Assembly: GCA_015522745.1 (NCBI GenBank)
Contig: WALQ01000028.1
Location: 2,961 to 34,960 of the forward strand
Direction of reading: 5' to 3'
Length of the DNA stretch: 32,000 bases
Origin: Candidatus Aenigmatarchaeota archaeon
Lineage (GTDB): Archaea; Aenigmatarchaeota; Aenigmatarchaeia; GW2011-AR5; WALA01
Part shown: positions 7,477-14,960 of the stretch, piece by piece
Numbering within the stretch: the first letter of the stretch is position 1
Layout of the letters: the number at the start of each line of letters is the position of its first letter
Position numbers and translations under genes: made by a program
Notes under the pieces: model-generated
The model's input: only the letters and a program-made list of their open reading frames with translations
Told to the model about the DNA's origin: nothing
Database searches by the model: none

Positions 7477-8175
7477 TCACCACGGTATCTTTCCCAACAT
7501 AGCCGGAAGCACGAACGTCTCGAGGAACGCCGCGAACATGAGGAACGCGACGCCTATCGTGTACACGCTTGACGCGTCGAGCGCTATCTTCCCGAAGTCC
7601 CGCCCGAACGCGCGCGAGCCTATGACAGCCGATGCGAGCATTCCACCGGAAAGTGCGCCCAAAAAGTACGCGAATATTTCAACGGACGTGTGCGGCACGT
7701 ACAGAACGGCGACTTCTATGTTGCTTGATAGCAAAGATGCAAAAAGCTTCCCCGCCATTGCAGCGTTGAGCGCGAGTATGAAAGCCGCCCCGGTTCCATA
7801 TATGAGGGACATCGCAAAGCACACGAACATGACCTTGAGGTTGTTCATGAGCACGGAGCCGAACGCGGAGTACGGATTGTAAGCGTTTCCAACGACCGTG
7901 AGCTCCGACAGCGATATGTACTTGCTCGCTACCCCGAAGACGATGGCCATTCCTATGAAAGAGTATAAGTAGATCTTTATGAGCTCGTTCTTGTGGACGC
8001 GCCTTCTCGACTTGAGCGAATTGTATATGTAATGCGACAGTGGCATTGCGGAAAAGAATATCATGGCGAGAGATGAATGGAAAAGTATGTGACCTATGTA
8101 AATTCCAATGACTGTGTAAGCGACTGAAATCAGAAGCGTTGACCAATCCGACTTCATTAAGTCGTCCAATATCAT
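7477..8175 (-). CDS. SpoIIM/DUF95-like polytopic membrane protein
   Basis: 232 aa, about 6 TM helices. The motifs …MNNLKVMFVCFAMSLIYGTGAAFILALNAAMAG… and …VPHTSVEIFAYFLGALSGG… resemble the stage II sporulation protein M family pattern (NN.kv…G…l..NG…; PHG..E…a). The family assignment is from memory of that pattern, not from a search. Confidence 0.55.
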   Translation of the reverse strand: MILDDLMKSDWSTLLISVAYTVIGIYIGHILFHSSLAMIFFSAMPLSHYIYNSLKSRRRVHKNELIKIYLYSFIGMAIVFGVASKYISLSELTVVGNAYNPYSAFGSVLMNNLKVMFVCFAMSLIYGTGAAFILALNAAMAGKLFASLLSSNIEVAVLYVPHTSVEIFAYFLGALSGGMLASAVIGSRAFGRDFGKIALDASSVYTIGVAFLMFAAFLETFVLPAMLGKIPW

Positions 8176-8205
8176 AAATTAATTTGTCGTGATTGAATAA
8201 AAAGG

Positions 8206-10437
8206 TTATTTCAAATCATCAAACCAATTCTTCCATCGGCGGAAAATCTCATCGCTGTCAAGAGTCCCGAGCTCCTCCTTGACCTCGTCGGATATTATGT
8301 GGAACATTGAATTGGATTTCACAACGTACGGAGCTTCCAAAAGGTGCTTTTTGCTCTCCGGAACGTTCGCTATGTACTCAAGTATCTTCCCGCGGAGGAC
8401 GATGTTGTTCCAAACGAGGTCCCAGTTTCCCTTCCACTCGCGGACGCGCTCGGCAATGTCGTTGAGTATAACGCTTTCACCCGTGAGCAACGTGTCCGTC
8501 GGCTTGAGCTGGTCTTCCTTTGCCGAGTACTGCATGAGATTAATGAACCCGCCCTCTTTCACAGGGTCATCTGTCCAATGCTTTCTGACTTCCGTGATTT
8601 CGACGACGCGTCTGAAACTGTGGAGTCCGTCCGCGGATTTCAACCTGTTCGCCACAACGACTATGTCCGTCGCCTTGAAAGACGTCTTGGGCACGCCGAG
8701 ATCGTTGACAACACGGTCAAACACGCCGTACGCGCTGTCCCCGTGAATCGTTCCCGCGACGACGTTGGCAAGAGCGCCTATCCTCATTGCCTCGTAGAGG
8801 GCGAGCGCCTCTTTGCTTCTCACTTCACCGACTATGAGGCAGGAATCTCCAAGTCGGAGTGCGGTTCTCAGCGCTTCTTCCGCAGGGAGCTCCGTCTCAA
8901 CCTTCGTTATCACGGAGCGCGACTTCAAACGTTGTACGTTGTAACCAATCTTCCTAAGTGCTTCCATTGGGAGCTCGAGTGTGTCTTCCGTCGTGATTAT
9001 CCTGTACCTCGGCATTATCTGGACGAGCATTGAACCGAGCAGTGACGTCTTTCCAGCGCTTCGCGTTCCAGCGACGAGTATCGTTCGCGCGCCGTCTATT
9101 ATGAACCACAAAAGGCCGGCTCCGAGTGGATTGAGATAGCGGTTCCTTATAAAGAGTGGGAACGTCCACGGCTTTTCCCTGTGACGTCGGAAAGCGAATC
9201 CGAGTCCCTTCGGAGATAACGTTCTCGTGATTGCACATATCCTCGCCGAGCCGCCAGGAAGGGTGACTTCTGTGTCTAGCACGGGGTTCGCTTCATCGAG
9301 AGGGCGGCCGGACTGCAACCTGAATCTCGTCGCCCACAATTCGCCGTCCTCCTTGCTCGGATAGATGTTGGTTTCGCAATCCTCGTACTTAGCGTGGAAC
9401 AGGAATATTGGGCTCTCGCCGAGCGGTGCGTTTATCGAAATGTCCTGAACGTTCGGATCTGACATGAGAACTTCAATTATGCCGAGTCCTGCCGTGTAAC
9501 GCGTCAGTATGGACGTAAGCTTGTTGATATCGTCCTCGTTGAGATGATAATTTCTTTGCTTTGCAAGGTCGCGTATGAGGTCCTTCCCGATGTTGTAGAG
9601 GTTGTCCCTGATTTTTTCCGGGTCGACCATCTCCGTCTCCATGGGTTTGTGCTCCATCATGTAGCGCCGCGCCGTGTCGAGAAGTATGTAATGGTCCTCG
9701 GAAAGCTTGAACTCCGGCGGAATGAGATGGTACAGGTAGCGCGTCGAGCCCTTTATTTTGTATATTTCGACCTCGCCCTCTGGAATTTTGTAATTCTCGA
9801 CTATCTCCGCGTTCTTCGGAGGAAGCGAGAGATATCTTGTGTACATGAAGTTTGGCCTTATGACGGGGTGGAATATCGAGCGGTAGAACGAGCGGTCGCT
9901 TATCTCCGTCACGTGTCCGCCAGCCATTTTTATTATTGACAGGTTTTCGAGTATTGTCTTCACGGGAACGAGCGCATTGTTGATGTAGCGCTCCGTGCAG
10001 CGCTTGCAGATGTCCGGAGCTCTCTTTTCCATTATCCTCGCGAGGCGTATTTCGCGCAGCGTCGAGTTGTACGCCTTTATCGGGTCGTATTTTATTGCGG
10101 AGACGATTGATTGCAATGTTGCATAACGCGAAGGAGCGCATTTGGTGCACTGTGGTATGGTAACGTTCTTCGTTGAGACGATTCCCATGTCGTTTATCTG
10201 CTTTATCGCAGACGCGATCTCTTTCAAAAGCTTTACGTTGTTGTAATCGTAGTCGTACTCGCGCTCGGCAGCGAGAACGACTCTCATCGCCTCGGGGCGC
10301 TCTATGAGCTTCGACACGGTTCTTGCCATGCACACGTCAAAATTCTCAACGCTTGAACCGTATATGCATCCTAAACAGTTCACGCGTATTGTCCTAGATT
10401 CGTCATCGTACGTATAATCGCATACCATTTCTACCAC
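8206..10437 (-). CDS. type II/IV secretion-family ATPase (FlaI/PilB/VirB11-like) with a long N-terminal extension
   Basis: Walker A GTRSAGKTS, TTEDTLEL, Walker B region SCLIVGEVR, His box AGTIHG. About 330 aa of N-terminal extension contain C-x14-C-x2-C-x11-C and two CxxC pairs. The track start at 10437 is GTG; the ATG at 10428 (MVCDYTY…) is an equally good start. Confidence 0.9.
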   Translation of the reverse strand: MVEMVCDYTYDDESRTIRVNCLGCIYGSSVENFDVCMARTVSKLIERPEAMRVVLAAEREYDYDYNNVKLLKEIASAIKQINDMGIVSTKNVTIPQCTKCAPSRYATLQSIVSAIKYDPIKAYNSTLREIRLARIMEKRAPDICKRCTERYINNALVPVKTILENLSIIKMAGGHVTEISDRSFYRSIFHPVIRPNFMYTRYLSLPPKNAEIVENYKIPEGEVEIYKIKGSTRYLYHLIPPEFKLSEDHYILLDTARRYMMEHKPMETEMVDPEKIRDNLYNIGKDLIRDLAKQRNYHLNEDDINKLTSILTRYTAGLGIIEVLMSDPNVQDISINAPLGESPIFLFHAKYEDCETNIYPSKEDGELWATRFRLQSGRPLDEANPVLDTEVTLPGGSARICAITRTLSPKGLGFAFRRHREKPWTFPLFIRNRYLNPLGAGLLWFIIDGARTILVAGTRSAGKTSLLGSMLVQIMPRYRIITTEDTLELPMEALRKIGYNVQRLKSRSVITKVETELPAEEALRTALRLGDSCLIVGEVRSKEALALYEAMRIGALANVVAGTIHGDSAYGVFDRVVNDLGVPKTSFKATDIVVVANRLKSADGLHSFRRVVEITEVRKHWTDDPVKEGGFINLMQYSAKEDQLKPTDTLLTGESVILNDIAERVREWKGNWDLVWNNIVLRGKILEYIANVPESKKHLLEAPYVVKSNSMFHIISDEVKEELGTLDSDEIFRRWKNWFDDLK

Positions 10438-10442
10438 AGAAA

Positions 10443-11231
10443 TTAAGATTTTTCTTCAGCCTTTTTGACAGAATCGCTCCACGGAACATCATCGCCGTAA
10501 ATGTGATGAAGCGTCTTCTTTTCAAGGTCCTCATGGCGCTTCTTGAGCGTTTCAACTATGTTGGACAGGTTCTGTATGTTGTCAACGAGCGTCGGAAGCA
10601 ATTGCTTGAACGATTTCTCGAGCGCGCCGACGCGAACTTCCAAATCCTCGACTTTCGTGTCAAGTTCGCTGAATTTCTCCTCCACTTCTTCCTTGCTCAC
10701 TTCTTCCTTCTTTTCCGTCTTTATGTTGGACAGGAGCTTTTTCGCGTCTTCCATCTCCCGCTCGACTTCCTTCATCCGCGCGTCTATCTTTTCCCACTTC
10801 TCGTTAACCATGCTTTGAATGATGTCCTCGACTATGTTGTTTATGTCCACAGTGTCCTCCACAGACTGCGAGAAATCCTGTGGGGGCTCTTGAATGTTTG
10901 ATTGTTGGGGTGATAAATTTTCAAAATTTTCTCCCTGCGGAAGAGAGGGCATTTGACCTTGTTGAGAGCCTTGATTGAATTGAGGATTAAACTGTTGATT
11001 TAATTGAGTGTTCTGTTGTGTACTTTCATTTGGTTGTTTTGGCGGTGATTTTCTTTTCACTGAAGATTTCATTGCCATAAGCATAGCCTTTTCTATTTCG
11101 TCGTAAGTATAACCCTCGGATTTTAAATGGCGTATTATATCCTTGTCTGGCATCCCACTTTGGCTCATCTTCACAACTTCATCTGTTGGAAGTGGGCGCT
11201 CTTCCTTTTTCTTTTTTGTCAAGAATAGCAT
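10443..11231 (-). CDS. hypothetical protein: small N-terminal helical domain, Q/N/P-rich linker, acidic coiled coil, 262 aa
   Basis: GGTGAT-TAA-ATG start coupled to the upstream gene. Low-complexity stretch QPNESTQQNTQLNQQFNPQFNQGSQQGQMPSLPQ. The C-terminal half is heptad-like and Glu/Lys-rich. Only 5 nt separate it from the ATPase gene. Confidence 0.65.
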   Translation of the reverse strand: MLFLTKKKKEERPLPTDEVVKMSQSGMPDKDIIRHLKSEGYTYDEIEKAMLMAMKSSVKRKSPPKQPNESTQQNTQLNQQFNPQFNQGSQQGQMPSLPQGENFENLSPQQSNIQEPPQDFSQSVEDTVDINNIVEDIIQSMVNEKWEKIDARMKEVEREMEDAKKLLSNIKTEKKEEVSKEEVEEKFSELDTKVEDLEVRVGALEKSFKQLLPTLVDNIQNLSNIVETLKKRHEDLEKKTLHHIYGDDVPWSDSVKKAEEKS

Positions 11232-11615
11232 TTAATCACCACCTTCGTATATCTTGTCCTTGATCTCCTCAAACTCCTTCCTCGTGACGTAGTTGTTGTT
11301 CAACGGATTGAGGATTTCAACCATTTTTTCTATTTCCTTTAAATCGGTTTTGCGCGCAGTTTTTGAGAGCTTGCCATCGATTTTTCTTATTGCATCCTCT
11401 ATTCTGTTTAGGCGGTCCTTTATCGATTCGACGTCGGACGACATGGACGCGATTTTTTTCTTTACATCCGAGAATTTTTTGTTCGACGTGTCTTCGAGAG
11501 TGGATATCTTCGATTCGTTCATATCCATTCGCTGTTCCAGAACGCGGAGCCGCCTGCTCTCTTCGTTGGCGCGCCTGACGAGCTCCTGAATTATGACATT
11601 CATTTCATTTACCAT
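11232..11615 (-). CDS. hypothetical coiled-coil protein, 127 aa
   Basis: Clean ORF. A TATA-like GTTTAAATATTTC lies about 30 nt upstream of the ATG at 11615. The sequence is dominated by heptad-like charged repeats (…LRVLEQRMDMNESKISTLED…IKDRLNRIEDAIRKIDGKL…). Confidence 0.65.
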   Translation of the reverse strand: MVNEMNVIIQELVRRANEESRRLRVLEQRMDMNESKISTLEDTSNKKFSDVKKKIASMSSDVESIKDRLNRIEDAIRKIDGKLSKTARKTDLKEIEKMVEILNPLNNNYVTRKEFEEIKDKIYEGGD

Positions 11616-11698
11616 ATAACATTAATTATTTTGAGAAATATTTAAACTTTCCAAAGAGAAAAAGGAAAAGAGCGCTATCCGTGATTGCTTCCTGAGTT

Positions 11699-12274
11699 TC
11701 ACTTTTTATTATCTCCCGTAGGATTGCTTTGTTTGCTCGTCACCATGAAGTAAAGCGCGATTGCTATTACGCCGAGGAACAAAATTATCCCCCATGTCAT
11801 CGGACTCAATGATATCGTCTGAGACGGTATTCGTATGTTCGCTGCTATGAGGAATATGTAAATCGCGACGCCGACGAAGAAGAGATTGACGAGGAACTTT
11901 GCAATTCCCTTGATGTTAAGCCCCATAAACTTATCCGGAAGCATTGTATCAAATAGCTTGTCCATTATCGTTCTGTCTTTTTCCGGAGCTCCGAGTATTA
12001 TCGCAAGTATCATGAGAAAGACGAGAACGCCTGCAGAAACCATTGTGTAGTCGCCCATCATATTCGTGAAGAACGACTCTATGTTCGTCCCGAATGGCGT
12101 GTACACCACGAGATACGACGCAACGACTATTCCGAGTATTGGCGGAACAGCCTTTGCCTTTTCCTTGAATATCTGGCCCGAGAAATAATACGTCAGCGCG
12201 AAAGCGAAAATCCACGGGAGTATGGTGTCGTAAAATCCGAGATTCCTAAGTGAAAGTATTATTTGCTCCATCAT
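11699..12274 (-). CDS. polytopic membrane protein, paralog family member A, 191 aa
   Basis: N-terminus MMEQIILSLRNLGFYDTILPWIFAFALTYY aligns with MSVLQIMIGNLRQLGFFDFILPWVFAFAITWG of the next gene. About 5 TM helices. SD AAGGAG upstream. Confidence 0.65.
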   Translation of the reverse strand: MMEQIILSLRNLGFYDTILPWIFAFALTYYFSGQIFKEKAKAVPPILGIVVASYLVVYTPFGTNIESFFTNMMGDYTMVSAGVLVFLMILAIILGAPEKDRTIMDKLFDTMLPDKFMGLNIKGIAKFLVNLFFVGVAIYIFLIAANIRIPSQTISLSPMTWGIILFLGVIAIALYFMVTSKQSNPTGDNKK

Positions 12275-12279
12275 TCATA

Positions 12280-12792
12280 TCAGCTCCTTGTCACGAACCA
12301 CACGACGATTCCAATCACAGCCAGCGCGAACACGACCGCGACCGCCGTCTGATTGAATGAAACCGCGTACATTGGGATGCTGTATCCCATGGCGAACATG
12401 AACAGGTAGATTGCGAGAATTATGATCAGAAGATAAAAGAAGAACTTGAGCCACTTGCCTATGCCCTCTCCTTTGATTGGTTCGAATATGTCGCTCGCCT
12501 TTACGCCTATGAGGCCGAGCAGAAGCACGCCAATGAGTATGCCGCCCATGACCATTGATGACTCCCCAAAGAGCTTCGTGAAGAACATTCCGATGTAGCC
12601 GTACGGCGTGTAGTTTGTCACGAAGAACGCGACCACAAGTGAAATTATGCCGGCGACGGCATCTTGATTGTTGAAGAGACCCGCCATCTTTATGGAGCCC
12701 CAAGTTATGGCAAATGCGAATACCCACGGGAGTATGAAGTCGAAGAATCCAAGCTGGCGAAGATTTCCAATCATTATTTGAAGCACGGACAT
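12280..12792 (-). CDS. polytopic membrane protein, paralog family member B, 170 aa
   Basis: AGGAGGT SD 8 nt upstream. Clear similarity to member A along the first ~90 aa (…YTP[FY]G…FFT…G[DE]…MV…G[VI]L…). Confidence 0.65.
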   Translation of the reverse strand: MSVLQIMIGNLRQLGFFDFILPWVFAFAITWGSIKMAGLFNNQDAVAGIISLVVAFFVTNYTPYGYIGMFFTKLFGESSMVMGGILIGVLLLGLIGVKASDIFEPIKGEGIGKWLKFFFYLLIIILAIYLFMFAMGYSIPMYAVSFNQTAVAVVFALAVIGIVVWFVTRS

Positions 12793-12831
12793 TTTTAACT
12801 ACCTCCTAATTAATTATGTCATCGGTTGTTT

Positions 12832-13845
12832 TTATAGTTTTTCTTTCACTCCATTTAGGATTTGTTCATACGATCCATCAAAATATTTTTTCACGCCCCC
12901 GTATATTGCATCATCTAAGAAATCTTCAAATCCAATACGAAGAAGAAGTTTAACAGGGAGATCGTATACTCTGTCATCCTCACGAAGAACATTCTTTATT
13001 TTATCGAAATAATAATTTTTAATCCTAAGTATCCTATTCGCAACGTCCATAGGTTTTTCAAACATTATCTCACGATGTGGATTATCGATATATATTATAT
13101 CTCCTTCTGGATCTGACTCGTAATTAATATCATGTTTTCCACTATGATAGTAATCCAACAATTCGTCAAAACTTTCTGCTTCTGTGTATGCCTCTCCGAT
13201 TGTTTGTGGGTCATGCGAGTCGGAGCCGACCGTTATGTGCTTTTTCTCACCCGAAAGTATTTTGAGCAGCGTCAGTGACTCGTTGGGGTGCGTCGTGTTG
13301 AGCTCAACCGCGTATGGAAATTCCTTTATGAGCTCTTCTGTGGCAGGTATGCCGTCTCTGTTCGTTTTCGCGAATGGATGGGCCCAAGACACGATGAGTT
13401 TGTGCTCCTTTTTGTAATCTTTGATGCGACTAAGAAACTCTTTCATATCGAGTCCGATAAGGCGCTTGTACATATCCGTGTCGAAACTGTCTGTATCCCC
13501 TATGACAAGTATGTGAGCAGTCTTGTTCTCTATCTTTACGCTGAACTCTCCACCATATGGTATGCCGAGATTATTCGCGAGTTCCCAACGCGCTTGGTAG
13601 TTGTTATCGTCGTGATCGAGGACGGGAACGATAATTCCTTTGTCTTTGTATTCTTTGACGTATTTTGGAAATATTATCGACTCAGATCCAATTGTGCCGG
13701 TTATGAACCAGTCTGGAAACGTCTTTTTGACGGCATAATACACAAGTGATGGGATAAATAGACGTTCGATACCAGTGAGAGCCTTGCGTGTATCGTGCTC
13801 TTTTGGATTTACATGAACGTGCAAATCAAATTTCATAGATTTCAA
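12832..13845 (-). CDS. PHP-domain metal-dependent phosphoesterase
   Basis: N-terminal FDLHVHV (H-x-H), internal WAHP, distal VGSDSHDP. This is the PHP (polymerase/histidinol-phosphatase) metal-ligand pattern. The TTG start at 13845 has GGAGGA 6 nt upstream; the ATG at 13836 is an alternative. Confidence 0.75.
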   Translation of the reverse strand: MKSMKFDLHVHVNPKEHDTRKALTGIERLFIPSLVYYAVKKTFPDWFITGTIGSESIIFPKYVKEYKDKGIIVPVLDHDDNNYQARWELANNLGIPYGGEFSVKIENKTAHILVIGDTDSFDTDMYKRLIGLDMKEFLSRIKDYKKEHKLIVSWAHPFAKTNRDGIPATEELIKEFPYAVELNTTHPNESLTLLKILSGEKKHITVGSDSHDPQTIGEAYTEAESFDELLDYYHSGKHDINYESDPEGDIIYIDNPHREIMFEKPMDVANRILRIKNYYFDKIKNVLREDDRVYDLPVKLLLRIGFEDFLDDAIYGGVKKYFDGSYEQILNGVKEKL

Positions 13846-13881
13846 TTGATGTCCTCCATTTAAAAAACTTTTCTCATTCGT

Positions 13882-14343
13882 TTATTGACTAACATTACCC
13901 CCACCGAACATATTCATTTTTGCGGCAAGAAGGAAAAGAACTGCAACAAGCGTGAATCCCACTATGAATGTTATCGTCGTTGAGTTCGGAATGTGTATGG
14001 AATTTCTTATTGTTGGAGATGCGAGACCTATAAAAATGAGAAAGACTATCGCTCCGACGACTCCGTAATCCGCTTTGCTGCCGCTCCCAATCGAGTTTAT
14101 AAACTTCCATATGAAACCGACTATGAAAAGTATGACGAACACGATGGTCGCCACGGGCATATACTTCCACAACATATCCACAACGCTTTCATTGACGATT
14201 GACATTATGGCGATTGTAATTGCTATTATCGCGTTGACCGCCTTGTTTTTGAAGACACCACTGAGCTCAATTGAGCCGTACACAACGGCAAATGAGAATA
14301 CGAAAGGGACAATATAATACCAAATATCCGATGGAACATACAT
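13882..14343 (-). CDS. polytopic membrane protein, distant member C of the same paralog family, 153 aa
   Basis: MYVPSDIWYYIVPFVFSFAVVYGSIELSGVFKNKAVNAIIAI parallels …ILPW[IV]FAFA[LI]T…G…F.N…AV.GII of members A and B. About 4 TM helices. Confidence 0.6.
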   Translation of the reverse strand: MYVPSDIWYYIVPFVFSFAVVYGSIELSGVFKNKAVNAIIAITIAIMSIVNESVVDMLWKYMPVATIVFVILFIVGFIWKFINSIGSGSKADYGVVGAIVFLIFIGLASPTIRNSIHIPNSTTITFIVGFTLVAVLFLLAAKMNMFGGGNVSQ

Positions 14344-14354
14344 TTTTAATCATC

Positions 14355-14951
14355 TCACGTTCTCATTCTCCTCACAAGCCTTGCACGCTGGTCAACGAGT
14401 TTCCTAATTTGCATATCTATATCATCCATCTTTCTCTGAAGGTTGTTTATCCTGGTTCTTAGTGAACTTATTACTCCAGGGTTCGATGCACTTGAGAGTG
14501 AAGCAGTTGCGACGTTTATTCGGTTCTCAATTGAACTTTTCATTCCATAAAGACCTTCCAATCTTGTGTCAATTGTTTTTATCGACCTGTAAACGCGGTC
14601 AGAAGAGTTCGGAAGTTTTATCTTCGTGCCCGGGCTTATGAACATTCCGAATATGAACAGGAAGCCTGAAACGAGTATGAGTATGAGATACCATATCTGG
14701 GAGAGCGTCACGAAAAATCCATATAGACCAATATCTATTGAAAAAATCATTCCTCCAACAACTACGAGAAATCGTATGCCCTTATGGTTGTTCAGCGGTT
14801 CAGTTGCTGCGTAGAAGAATATAAGCGACACTATGCTTGGGAGAAGAATGAGATTAATGAGCCTATCGTAAACGCTGTAGTACGATGACACCTGTCCCAT
14901 AGGTATCTTCAGGATTTCCGTGTAGATTATTCTCTCGAGCTCGGACAACAT
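14355..14951 (-). CDS. membrane protein with a C-terminal cytoplasmic coiled coil, 198 aa
   Basis: AGTGAT-TTAA-ATG start. Three or four TM helices in aa 30-115. Then …IDTRLEGLYGMKSSIENRINVA…LRTRINNLQRKMDDIDMQIRKLVDQRARLVRRMRT. Confidence 0.6.
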   Translation of the reverse strand: MLSELERIIYTEILKIPMGQVSSYYSVYDRLINLILLPSIVSLIFFYAATEPLNNHKGIRFLVVVGGMIFSIDIGLYGFFVTLSQIWYLILILVSGFLFIFGMFISPGTKIKLPNSSDRVYRSIKTIDTRLEGLYGMKSSIENRINVATASLSSASNPGVISSLRTRINNLQRKMDDIDMQIRKLVDQRARLVRRMRT

Positions 14952-14960
14952 TTAAATCAC

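Noticed and set aside
7035-7882. Plus-strand ORFs 7035..7223, 7117..7572 and 7397..7882, plus minus alternative frame 7679..8146
   Set aside because: They are antisense to or out of frame with the 6807..7472 and 7477..8175 genes, which have clear TM/Cys-module or SpoIIM-like features. The alternatives have low-complexity Ser/Arg-rich translations.
8279-10333. Long alternative-frame and antisense ORFs inside the ATPase gene (8279..8746 +, 8344..9033 +, 8954..9238 -, 9473..10333 -, 9544..9939 +)
   Set aside because: These are shadow ORFs of a strongly supported 743-aa gene. Their Arg/His/Pro-rich composition has no motifs and no start-site signals.
11949-12727. Alternative minus-frame ORFs 11949..12215 and 12275..12727
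   Set aside because: They are Arg/His/Gly-rich translations overlapping two clearly hydrophobic, mutually paralogous membrane-protein frames.
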